Position numbers and translations under genes: made by a program. Below, piece after piece: positions 14,204 through 23,127 of a stretch of DNA of 64,000 nucleotides. Source of the DNA: Polyangiales bacterium (GTDB taxonomy: Bacteria; Myxococcota_A; Polyangia; Polyangiales; JADJQN01). The number at the start of each line of letters is the position of its first letter. Position 1 is the first letter of the stretch. The stretch spans positions 448,001-512,000 of the forward strand of contig CAXNJO010000004.1 of assembly GCA_964202905.1 (NCBI GenBank). Reading direction: 5' to 3'. The notes under the pieces were generated by a model, which had not been told where the DNA came from, made no database searches, and saw only the letters and a program-made list of their open reading frames with translations.

Positions 14204-14725
14204 TCACACGTGCCGGCGCACGCCACGCGGGGGATGCGTCGCCGCCGTGACCGTGACCGCGCCCGCGAGCGCCTCGATGAGCGCCGCCCCGCGCGGACCA
14301 ATCGGCGCGATCGTCGCGCGCCGCCCCGCGAGCGCGTCGACCTCGAGGCGCACGAGGAGTCCATCCCGCCCGAGGCTCGGGAGGAAGCGCTCGCCCCACT
14401 CGATCAACACGACGGCATCGTGCCCGACCCGCTCGACGAGCCCCAACTCCACGAGCTCGTCCGCCGAGACGAGCCGGTAGAGGTCCGAATGCACCAGCGG
14501 CACGCGCGCCGGCAGCTCGTGAACGAGCGCGAAGGTCGGCGACGTGACCGGGACCTCGGCGGGGACGCCGAGCGCCCTCGCGACGGCGCGCACGAGGAAG
14601 GTCTTGCCCGCGCCGAGCCCGCCTTCGAGCACGACGAGATCCCCCGGCGCGAGCGCGGCGCCGAGCGCGGCGCCGAGTCGGCGCGTCGCGCGGCGCGTCG
14701 GCAGGGCGATCTCGAGCGGAGCCAT
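14204..14725 (-). CDS. tsaE: tRNA threonylcarbamoyladenosine biosynthesis ATPase TsaE
   Basis: LEGGLGAGKT, VTSPTFAL, HSDLYRL, IEWGE. Confidence 0.95.
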   Translation of the reverse strand: MAPLEIALPTRRATRRLGAALGAALAPGDLVVLEGGLGAGKTFLVRAVARALGVPAEVPVTSPTFALVHELPARVPLVHSDLYRLVSADELVELGLVERVGHDAVVLIEWGERFLPSLGRDGLLVRLEVDALAGRRATIAPIGPRGAALIEALAGAVTVTAATHPPRGVRRHV

Positions 14726-14787
14726 CGAAGCCGGCATCGCTCGGGATTCTACGCGGGTGCGCGGAGCGCGCGTGGCAAGATGCGCGC

Positions 14788-16686
14788 GTGCGTCGTCCGT
14801 CCCCGCGCCGATGGTCGGCCCCGCTGCTGGTCGCCGCGATGTCCGCGCTCACCGCAGGCCCCGCGGCACATGCGCAGGAGGCGCGCAGCCACGACGCGGT
14901 CGTCGTCGCGCCGCCCTCACCTTGCCCGACCCGCTACGCGATCGAGGCCACCCTCGATCCCGGCGCGCACGCCGTGGACGGCACGCTCCGCCTCCACTGG
15001 GTGAACGAGTCGGCCACCCCCGCCTCCGACCTCTGGTTCCACCTTTATCTCAACGCGTTCGCGAGCGACGACACCGTGTTCATGCGCGAGTCGCGCGGAC
15101 AACTCCGTGGCGTGCGCAGCCCTGGACGCGGCGGGATCGACATCCACTCGCTCCGCACGAGCGGCGGCGTCGACCTCCTCGGCGGCGCCCAGCGCGCGCT
15201 CGTCCGCGGCGACGCCACGCAGCTGCGTGTGCCGCTCCCCGCGCCCATCGCCCCCGGAGACGCGCTCGACCTGCTCGTCACCTTCCGCGCGCGCCTCCCG
15301 CCCGTCTTCGCGCGCACGGGCCACGCCCGCGATTTCCACATGATCGCGCAGTGGTTTCCCAAGCTCGCGCGCCACGAGCCCGACGGTCGCTGGGCGAGCT
15401 TCCCCTACCACGGGATGGGCGAGTTCTACGCCGACTTCGCGACCTACGACCTCACGCTCCGCACACCGCGCGGCTGGGTCGTCGGCGCGACCGGCGCGAA
15501 AACGTCAGAGATATCCAAAGGTTCGCTGACCGAGCGCCGCTTCCACGCCGATCGCGTGCACGACGTCGCGTGGGTCGCCTGGCCGCACTTCGTCGAGCAC
15601 ACGCTGCGGCACGAGGGCGTCACGGTGCGCTTCCTCCACCCGCCGGGCCACGAGGCCGTCCTCCCGCGCCACGCTCGGATCGTGCGCGAGGGGCTGACGC
15701 GCTTCGGGCGAGCGTTTGGCCCCTACCCGTACCCGACGCTCACCGTCGTGCTGCCGCCGCGCGGCGCCGAGGGCGCAGCCGGGATGGAGTACCCGACCCT
15801 CATCGTGTCCGGCGGGCCCTGGTTCGACGTGCCGGGCGTGCGCACGCCCTTCCCCGAGGACGTCACCGCGCACGAGCTCGCCCACGAATGGTTCTACGGC
15901 CTCGTCGCCTCGCACGAGGTCCAATGGCCGATGCTCGACGAGGGCCTCACCCAGTGGGCGACGACGCGCCTGCTCACGGATGTCTTCGGAGCTGGGCGAT
16001 CGGCCGTCGCGCTCCCCGGGCTCACGCTCGACGCGTTCGAGTTGCAGCGGTTGCTCGCGTTGCGCGGCCGCCCCACGCCGGCGCCGGGCCAGCCCGCCTA
16101 CGCCTTCGACGACGAAACCTACGGCCGCTCGGTCTACCTGCGGACCGCGCTCGTGCTCGAGACGACGCGTCGTACCTTCGGCGCTGCCCGCTTCGACCGC
16201 GCGATCGGCCACTACGCGCGCGCGCAGCGCTTCCGCCATCCGACGCCCGCAGACCTCTTCGCGAGTTTCGACGGCGTGTTCGGCGCCGGCTTCTCGGCCC
16301 GCATCCTCGAGCCAGCGCTCCTGCGCGGCGAGACCGCGGAGGCCCACCTCGTCCGGCTCGACAGCCGCGCGGACGGCCCGGGCAAGTACGTCACAGAGGT
16401 ACTCGCCGAGCGCGGCGGTGCCCTCGCGCTGCCGTTGACGATCGCGCTGCGCGCCGCGAGCGGCCGCACGCGGCGCATCGCGTGGCCGCCCGGCGCCCCC
16501 CGCCTCCGCGCCAGCTTCACCGCGAGCGAGCCCTACACGGCCGCCCAGCTCGATCCCGACCGGCACAACCTCCTCGACGGCGACGCCCTCGACGGCGCGC
16601 TCTCAATCCAGTCCCGCGCGCGCACCGGCCTCTTCGCGCGCGTCCTCGCCGCGCTTCAACTTCTCGTCACGGCGGTCGGCGCGTGA
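14788..16686 (+). CDS. Exported M1-family zinc metallopeptidase
   Basis: Signal peptide (AHAQ), GMEYP, HELAHEW-x-LDEG gluzincin motif, hydrophobic C-terminal tail. Confidence 0.9.
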   Translation: MRRPSPRRWSAPLLVAAMSALTAGPAAHAQEARSHDAVVVAPPSPCPTRYAIEATLDPGAHAVDGTLRLHWVNESATPASDLWFHLYLNAFASDDTVFMRESRGQLRGVRSPGRGGIDIHSLRTSGGVDLLGGAQRALVRGDATQLRVPLPAPIAPGDALDLLVTFRARLPPVFARTGHARDFHMIAQWFPKLARHEPDGRWASFPYHGMGEFYADFATYDLTLRTPRGWVVGATGAKTSEISKGSLTERRFHADRVHDVAWVAWPHFVEHTLRHEGVTVRFLHPPGHEAVLPRHARIVREGLTRFGRAFGPYPYPTLTVVLPPRGAEGAAGMEYPTLIVSGGPWFDVPGVRTPFPEDVTAHELAHEWFYGLVASHEVQWPMLDEGLTQWATTRLLTDVFGAGRSAVALPGLTLDAFELQRLLALRGRPTPAPGQPAYAFDDETYGRSVYLRTALVLETTRRTFGAARFDRAIGHYARAQRFRHPTPADLFASFDGVFGAGFSARILEPALLRGETAEAHLVRLDSRADGPGKYVTEVLAERGGALALPLTIALRAASGRTRRIAWPPGAPRLRASFTASEPYTAAQLDPDRHNLLDGDALDGALSIQSRARTGLFARVLAALQLLVTAVGA

Positions 16687-17498
16687 TTCGCCCGCGCGAG
16701 CGACTGCGCGGCGCGGCGTCGGCGACGTTCGCCGTCTACCTCGTGCAAGCGCTGCTCGCCATCGCGCCGGCGTGGCCCCTCGCACGCGCCGTCGAACGCG
16801 CCGTGCGCGGCCTCCCCGCGGGGACGTCAGCCCTCGCCGCGCCCGGCGGCCTCTGGCGCATGGAGGCGCTCGCGGCACTTGGGTCGAGTGGACGCGTGTT
16901 CCTCGATGTCGCGTTCGCCGCGCTGCTGCTTGCGCTCGCCCTCGGACCGCTGCTCCAGATGACCTGGCTCGCCGCGCTGCTCCGGCGCCGGCCGCTCCGC
17001 GACGCCCTCGCACAGGGCGCGCGCCACTACCTGCCGGCCTTCGCGATCACCCTCGCGCTCTCACCGCTGCTCCTGCTCGCACTCCTCGCCCTCGTCGCGG
17101 GACCGGCGCTCGCGGGGCACCTGGTCGATGCAACGCCCAGCGACCGATCCCACGATCTCGCCATGCTCGCCGGATGCACCCCCGCGCTGCTCCTCGCGGG
17201 GCTGTGGGCGCTCTGGCATGACCTCGCGCGGGCCTCGCTCGCGCGCGGCGGGCACCCCTTGCCGGCCCTCCTCCGCGGCGCGGTCGCCTGCCTCCAACGC
17301 GACGCGCTCGGCGCCTACGTGCTCTGGCTCGCGCTCGGCAGCGGCCTTGGGATCGCCGCCCAAACGCTTGGCGGGCTGCTCGACACGGGCGGCTCGCTGC
17401 CGAGTCTCGCGGTGTTGCTGCTGACGCAGTCCCTCACCCTCGCGCGGACCGCCGTGCGCGGCCGTTGGCTCGCCGCCGCGCTCGACCGCGTCCGCTGA
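16683..17498 (+). CDS. Polytopic membrane protein coupled to the M1 peptidase
   Basis: GTGA overlap; about 6 hydrophobic helices. Confidence 0.75.
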   Translation: MIRPRERLRGAASATFAVYLVQALLAIAPAWPLARAVERAVRGLPAGTSALAAPGGLWRMEALAALGSSGRVFLDVAFAALLLALALGPLLQMTWLAALLRRRPLRDALAQGARHYLPAFAITLALSPLLLLALLALVAGPALAGHLVDATPSDRSHDLAMLAGCTPALLLAGLWALWHDLARASLARGGHPLPALLRGAVACLQRDALGAYVLWLALGSGLGIAAQTLGGLLDTGGSLPSLAVLLLTQSLTLARTAVRGRWLAAALDRVR

Positions 17499-17767
17499 AG
17501 CGCCGGGCCGTCGACGCCACGGACGATGGCCGGGCAAACGAGGAGCAAGCGGGTGTCCCGGCCCCACAGCCCCCACCGTCGACTGCAACACCACTTTCGC
17601 CATCGCCATTCCAGCACCACGTGCGGCGCGCCTGCCCGCCAAGCCAGCAGAGCGCTCCTGCGATCGGCGGGTCCCTGCACCGACGCGCCCCAGCCGACGG
17701 CGGCAACGCCCGCGCGGACGACGCCTGCGCCGACCCGTGCATCGCTGTCGGGACAACCCTCGGAATC

Positions 17768-18939
17768 ATCGGCATAGGGGCCCGAGGCGATCCCTCAGGA
17801 CCCCTGCCACACCACCGGACAAGCGGGTCCGAATCCGGCGGTTCGAGGCATCGAGGTTACGCGGCGAGCCGAGGGATGCCCAGCCCGTCGAAGTAGCGGA
17901 TGGGGAAGGCGACATGGATCCGCATGGCGGAGTTCTTCCCCCGTCGGCGCGTGTTCGCGAGCCCGCCCGTCAGCACGTCGTGGTTCACGCGGTCGAAGAA
18001 CTTCACCAAGTCCACGTCCACCACGATGCGCCGACCCTCGTTCACGTACCGCTGCGCTTGCACGACCGCGTCGTGGGCGCTGCATCCGGGCCGAAAGCCG
18101 TAGCTGTGCTGCGAGAAGCTCGCGTCGAATCGGGGACCCAACACCTGCAGGATCGCTTGCTGAATGAACCGATCGACGACGGTCGGAATACCAAGCTCGC
18201 GCAGCCCACCGCCGCTCTTCGGGATCGAATGCCGTCTCACCATCGACGGCTGGTACGTGCCCGTGAGCAGTTGCTCACGAAGCCCGAGCCAGTGCGTCTT
18301 CAGGTGCTCCGGCAGTTCATCCACCGTCATCCCGTCGATGCCGGCGCTGCCCTTGTTCTTCCTCACTCGCTTCAACGCCGCCAAGAGGTTCTGGCGTTCG
18401 CATACCAGCTCCATCAAGCCGCTCGTTCCCGAGCGTTCGTCTTCATGCGTCGCCGTCGGCGCTTCCGCGCTCCGCTCAGCTCTCGGGGCTTCACCCCAAC
18501 CCCGCAGCGGGAGCTCGAGTTGCCTCGACATCGGCGGCTCTTTGCCTCCGAGACGCACGCTCGTTTCGCTCTCCTCTCCGCTCGGTCCTTCGCAAGCGTC
18601 GCCGCCGACTACTACGGCCTCGGCTGACTCCTCGCTCCGCGCCTCGCTGCGCGTCGCCCTTTCAGGCACGAGGGGAGATCTCCCCGGGTAAGAACACGAC
18701 CCTTCCCCGCACGGCCGCCCGATTTACGCCGCCTGAGTCTTGGTCATCGGAGCTTCGCGGTTGCTTGCCCGCTCGCCCCACTCGGCGTCGCCTCACATCG
18801 GGTTCTTGCTCATCGGCCCGCGGCTCCGCTCCTCGCTTCCTTCCCGCGGTCGATCGCTCTTCCGCAGTTGCGATTCGCTTCGACTGCGATGACCTGCTTT
18901 CGAGAGGACTTTCACCTCCGAGGTCGCGCCCATGCGCAC
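17768..18939 (-). mobile_element. Group II intron, class IIC-like, internally deleted (about 1.17 kb)
   Basis: 5' end GTGCG at 18939, right after a hairpin and T-rich tract; short domain V GAACCGCCGGATTCGGACCCGCTTGTCCGGTGGTG with CGC triad; domain VI ending CCCCTATGCCGAT at 17768; truncated RT ORF inside. Confidence 0.9.
17857..18531 (-). pseudogene. ltrA: Truncated group II intron reverse transcriptase/maturase
   Basis: NKGSAGIDG, IPKSGGGLRELGIPTVVDRFIQQA, SYGFRPG, DVDLVKFFDRVNH (RT0-3), joined directly to a C-terminal tail (FDGLGIPRLAA); no PQG or YADD. Confidence 0.9.
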
Positions 18940-18976
18940 CAAACGAAACGGGCGCCCCGTGTTCGGGACGCCCGCT
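18940..18976 (-). terminator. Rho-independent terminator of the gltC-G operon (intron target site)
   Basis: Minus strand GCGGGCGTCCCG-AACA-CGGGGCGCCCGT followed by TTCGTTTG, about 115 nt after the gltG stop. Confidence 0.8.
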
Positions 18977-19090
18977 CCACCTTCTCAGCCTGCTCGTTCG
19001 ACCGACGCGCGGACCGACCGCCTCACGCGAACCGAGCCTGCATCACGTAGAGTCCCCATGGACCTCGTGACGAAGCCCCGCCTGGGACGG

Positions 19091-21091
19091 TCAGCCTCCC
19101 TCGCCCCCCGTCGCCTGGAGAACGAACGGGTAGTTGACGACGACGATGCCACCGCCCTCGGGAGCCGGGAACGACCAGCGCTGGACGGCACCGGCGATGC
19201 ACGTCTCGACCGGCGGCGAGCCCATGTCCGACTGCGACACCGCAGCCATCTGAACGGCGCCGGTCGGCGAGATGACGAACTGCACGCTCACGCGGCCCTC
19301 GAGGTCGGGACGCTGGTTGAGTTGCTGCTCGTAACAGAAGCGCACCTCGTTGATGTGGCGCTGGATGACGCGGCGGATGACTTCCTTGGAGAGCGACCCG
19401 CGCACGTCCGCGTTGCCGGTACGGATGCGAGGCACCCGCGCACTGCGGCCCGAGAAGCCACCGGCGCCGCGGCCATAACCATTGCCCTCGCCGCCGCCGC
19501 CGCCGTGACCAATCGTGCCTAGGTTGCCGAGGCCGATGGTGCCTTCGCCCGTGCCGCCACCGCCGCGACCCGTACCACGGAGACCCAGGCCACCGAAGCC
19601 AAAGTTCTCGCCGATCTGGTCACCCATGAGCGCCCCAAGCGCGCTCATGGCGTCGTTGCCGAGCGCAGAATCACGGCCGAACGGAGAGGTCGGCGAGTTC
19701 CACGCACCGGTCGACGCGCGAAGCACACCGAGAATACCGGCGGTGCGGGCCTGCTCACGAGCGGCCTCGCGCGCCATGTGCGGGTCTTGGTTGTCCGCGG
19801 GCCCCTCGATGCCGTAACGATTCTTCGTTTTCTTGGCGTCGTTCTTGCCCATCTGGCCCTCGTCACCCTTGTGACGCTTGCCCTTGCCGCCCTCGTCCTG
19901 GTTCTTGTTCTCCTCTTGCAGCCACTCCGGCTGCTCCTCTTCCTGCGTCTCAGGCGGCTCGATCAGATACTTGGCGTACCGAGAATCGGCCGTGAGCAGT
20001 TCGAGGCTGAGCGACGAGCTGCTCGGCGGCATGAAGTACATCAGCAGCAGGAAAGCACCGTGCACGGCGACCGACAGACCCGTCCAGATGTAGGACTTCC
20101 AGTCGATCCCAGAGCCGCTCTTCCCGACGACCTTGCCCGCCTGAACCGGCTTCACGAGGAACGTCAGGCCCTTGTACTGGACCTTCGCCGTCGCACCCGC
20201 AGGCAGCGCGTACTGCTGGGCGCCCGCGAGCCGCCCGCACGGCTGGAGACGACCCTGCGCCGCCATGTCCGCGAACGACATGCTCTGGCCGCCGACGGTC
20301 ACGTCGCCCGTCGCGCCGGCCGGGATGACGACAGCGACCCCGCCCCCCGACTGCACCACGACCGGAAGTCGCGCGGTCCCGAGGAGTTCGCTCCCGATGA
20401 GGTAATCGGTGTCTGGCGACCCCTTCCCCTCCGCCTGCTCGCCAACGACGAAATCACGCGGCGGCGACAGGTGCGCGACGTGCAGGACGCTCGAGTCGCC
20501 CCACATCACGACGACCTCGACCGCCTGCGCGTCGGTCTCGACATCGCCCGACGCGACCGCCGGACCGCTCGCTGCGATGCCGTACCGAATCTCACCCGAC
20601 GCCGCTGCCACGGCCGCGACGGGCACCGGGGCAGCCGGGGCCGCGAACGGATTGGAGAGGCCAGACGGCGGCGCAGCAAACGGATTCGCGAGCGGAGCAG
20701 CGGCCGGCGCAGCAAACGGGTTGGCGAGCGGCGCGGCTGCCAGCTTCTCTGGAGCTGAACCCGCCGCCTCACTCGACTCCACCGCGGCTTCGATTTCCAC
20801 GATGACGCGGGTCCCGCCGAGCGTGACCTCGTCGCCCGTCTGGAGGCGCGTCTTGTTGACCTTCTTCCCGTTGACGAGCGTTCCTGACGACGAGCCGAGA
20901 TCGATGATGAAGATCTCGTCGGCGCCGGTCACCTCGATCACGGCGTGCATGCGCGACACGTTTTCGTCGTCGATGCGCAGGTGGCTGGAAGGCAGCTTCC
21001 CAACCTTGATGATGTCCTGCACCAATCGCTCGGTGCGGATCAGATCTTCGCCCTGGAAGATCTTGAAGGTCATCGGAATCTTCGTGGTCAC
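19091..21091 (-). CDS. gltG: Gliding motility protein GltG/PglI (FHA - TM - TonB-C-like domain)
   Basis: N-terminal FHA (KVGKLPSSHLRIDDENVSRMHA..DLGSSSGT), SVAVH TM helix, Gly-rich linker, EVIRRVI..RFCYE..C..WSFPAP domain; GGAGG RBS before GTG. Confidence 0.9.
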   Translation of the reverse strand: MTTKIPMTFKIFQGEDLIRTERLVQDIIKVGKLPSSHLRIDDENVSRMHAVIEVTGADEIFIIDLGSSSGTLVNGKKVNKTRLQTGDEVTLGGTRVIVEIEAAVESSEAAGSAPEKLAAAPLANPFAAPAAAPLANPFAAPPSGLSNPFAAPAAPVPVAAVAAASGEIRYGIAASGPAVASGDVETDAQAVEVVVMWGDSSVLHVAHLSPPRDFVVGEQAEGKGSPDTDYLIGSELLGTARLPVVVQSGGGVAVVIPAGATGDVTVGGQSMSFADMAAQGRLQPCGRLAGAQQYALPAGATAKVQYKGLTFLVKPVQAGKVVGKSGSGIDWKSYIWTGLSVAVHGAFLLLMYFMPPSSSSLSLELLTADSRYAKYLIEPPETQEEEQPEWLQEENKNQDEGGKGKRHKGDEGQMGKNDAKKTKNRYGIEGPADNQDPHMAREAAREQARTAGILGVLRASTGAWNSPTSPFGRDSALGNDAMSALGALMGDQIGENFGFGGLGLRGTGRGGGGTGEGTIGLGNLGTIGHGGGGGEGNGYGRGAGGFSGRSARVPRIRTGNADVRGSLSKEVIRRVIQRHINEVRFCYEQQLNQRPDLEGRVSVQFVISPTGAVQMAAVSQSDMGSPPVETCIAGAVQRWSFPAPEGGGIVVVNYPFVLQATGGEGG

Positions 21092-21323
21092 CGTCTGCCT
21101 CCGTCGGGGATACCCGAGCACGCCTCGCGCGCTCCGCTCCACCGGCTTGCACCCTCGATCACGATCCGAACATCATCCCCCCGGCGCCCGGTGCGAGGTA
21201 CGTTCGGCGTGGCAGGAGCCCGCTTACCGGACCGCCTCCTGCGCACTCTCTGACATCCTACTCCCACGGGAGTTCCCGGGGAACGCACGAATTCAAGTCG
21301 ACCCCGACGAGCGAGCGACTTCC

Positions 21324-21581
21324 CTACAGATTCTCCACCGACTTGAGCATCTCCGGAATGAAGTGCTCCCGGATGCGGATGAGCGAGTTGCGCTGGCCGC
21401 GGCGACGCACGTTGAGGAGTTCACCGTCGGGACGCACGAGGTCACCGGTGACGAGGTCGTCCTCGAAGTCGTAGGTCGTTTCGCCGCCACCGCCGCCTGC
21501 CGGCGCATCCTGAGCGCTCGCGCCTGCGGTGGTGAGGAGGGTCAGGGCTGCCAGAACCGAGAACAGCGTGAACTTCTTCAT
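21324..21581 (-). CDS. gltF: Gliding motility protein GltF/CglF
   Basis: Signal peptide then YDFEDDLVTGDLVRPDG..SLIRIREHFIPEMLKSVENL; located between gltE and gltG. Confidence 0.9.
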   Translation of the reverse strand: MKKFTLFSVLAALTLLTTAGASAQDAPAGGGGGETTYDFEDDLVTGDLVRPDGELLNVRRRGQRNSLIRIREHFIPEMLKSVENL

Positions 21582-21669
21582 GACGGGGGCCTCCTGCGTT
21601 CGGCTCTGCCGAGCCTGCGGACTCTAACCGTGCCGCACGCCGCCGGTCAACCGGGGCGCGCAGCTGGCA

Positions 21670-23127
21670 TCAGGGCGTGGCGGGCGCAGCGGGAGCCGGC
21701 GGCGCTCCTTCCGGCGCGGGTGCGGGCGACGCACCGGCCGCGCCCTGCTGCGCCGCCATGCGCTGCTGCATCTCCTGCTGAACCCTTTGCAGTTCCGCCA
21801 TCTCCGCGCGCGTGCTAGCGACGATCTCGATCTGCTGAAGGAAACCAGGGCGGCACTGCGAGGTCGAACGACGGCGACCACGGCGCGCGCGCTCGAGGTT
21901 GCAGCGCCGTGTGACATCGGTGACGGCCTCAGCAAAGCGCGTGTTGCTCCCCGCCTTGGCGACGAAGGCCTCGTACTGCGTCTTGGCCTCGTTGAGGACC
22001 TCCTCCGAACCGCCGCGGTAGTTGTGGCTGATCAACGCGAGGTTGAAGAACGCCTCAGGGCGCGTCCCGTCGACCTCTTTCGCCTTGTTGTACTCAGCCA
22101 CGGACGCGTCGAACTGGTTGAGGCCGCGCAGCGCTGCCCCGAGCCCGAGGTGCGCGTCATAGCTGCGCGGGTCCAGCTCGACGGCCCGCTCGAAGGCGCG
22201 CTTGGCGTCCTCGTAGCCGCGGAAACCGATGACCATCGTTCCGAAGTTCATCCAGGCCTCGAAGTTGCGGGCGTCGAGGTTGGCGGCGCGCTCGAACATC
22301 CGCACCGCTTCGATGATGTTGTTCTTCTTGACGTAGATGAGGCCCCACGTGTTGTAGATCGGTCCGTAATCGCGGTTGATCTGCTGGGCCTGACGGCAGA
22401 CGACGGCGGCGAGATCGAGACGCTGCGCGGCCTCGCTCGGGTTGCGGTCGGACTCCTGGATGTAGAGGAGCGCCATCTCGTTGAACGCGGGCAGGTACTG
22501 CGCGTCGATCGCGAGCGCACGACGCAGGTTGTTGAGCGCGTCACGCACCAGCGCAGGCTGTCCGCTCGAGCGTTGCAGCGCCGCGAGGTTGACGTACCCC
22601 TCGGTGCATTGCGCGTCATCCGCGATGGCGCGGGCGAACGTCTGCATCGCCGCCGCGTCCTGGTTTTGCGAGGTCTGATCGAGGCCAATCATCACGCGCG
22701 CTTTGCAGAACTTGTTGTTCACCGCGAGCGCGCGGTTGTACAGCTCGAGTGCCTTCGTCCGGTCATTGCACTTCGCGTGCGTGAGTCCGGACATATAGAG
22801 GGCCTCGGGGAAGCGTCCGCCCTGCGCCTCGGCAGCGTCGTCGAAGCGCTCGGCGACCGCCGCACAAGCATCCTCGTTCCAGCCACTGCCCTCGTGCTGA
22901 GCGAAGGCCGCGAGGCCATCACGCCAGTAGTTCTGGGCTTCTGCACTCACTGCCTCGCCAGTGGAGGTGCGCGGTGCATCCGGAGGCGCTGCGGTCGAAC
23001 CGCCTCCTGACGTCGATGACACCGCGGCGCCGCCGCAGCCCGTGAGGGCGGCGACGATGGCGGACAACCCGAGGAAGCGTGCGCTGCCGATGTTCATCAT
23101 CGAAGACCTCGCGAGTGCCTTGCCCAT
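21670..23127 (-). CDS. gltE: TPR lipoprotein GltE/AglT
   Basis: LTGC lipobox, many TPR repeats, TGATG coupling to gltD, synteny. Confidence 0.82.
   Translation of the reverse strand: MGKALARSSMMNIGSARFLGLSAIVAALTGCGGAAVSSTSGGGSTAAPPDAPRTSTGEAVSAEAQNYWRDGLAAFAQHEGSGWNEDACAAVAERFDDAAEAQGGRFPEALYMSGLTHAKCNDRTKALELYNRALAVNNKFCKARVMIGLDQTSQNQDAAAMQTFARAIADDAQCTEGYVNLAALQRSSGQPALVRDALNNLRRALAIDAQYLPAFNEMALLYIQESDRNPSEAAQRLDLAAVVCRQAQQINRDYGPIYNTWGLIYVKKNNIIEAVRMFERAANLDARNFEAWMNFGTMVIGFRGYEDAKRAFERAVELDPRSYDAHLGLGAALRGLNQFDASVAEYNKAKEVDGTRPEAFFNLALISHNYRGGSEEVLNEAKTQYEAFVAKAGSNTRFAEAVTDVTRRCNLERARRGRRRSTSQCRPGFLQQIEIVASTRAEMAELQRVQQEMQQRMAAQQGAAGASPAPAPEGAPPAPAAPATP

Noticed and set aside
17500..17767. 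Non-coding stretch beyond the intron 3' end as a second element
   Set aside because: No terminal repeats, transposase remnants or recognisable RNA motif.
17857..18669. RT as retron, DGR or CRISPR-associated RT
   Set aside because: It is flanked by group II intron termini and domains V/VI; no template/variable repeat pair, msr-msd or cas genes seen.
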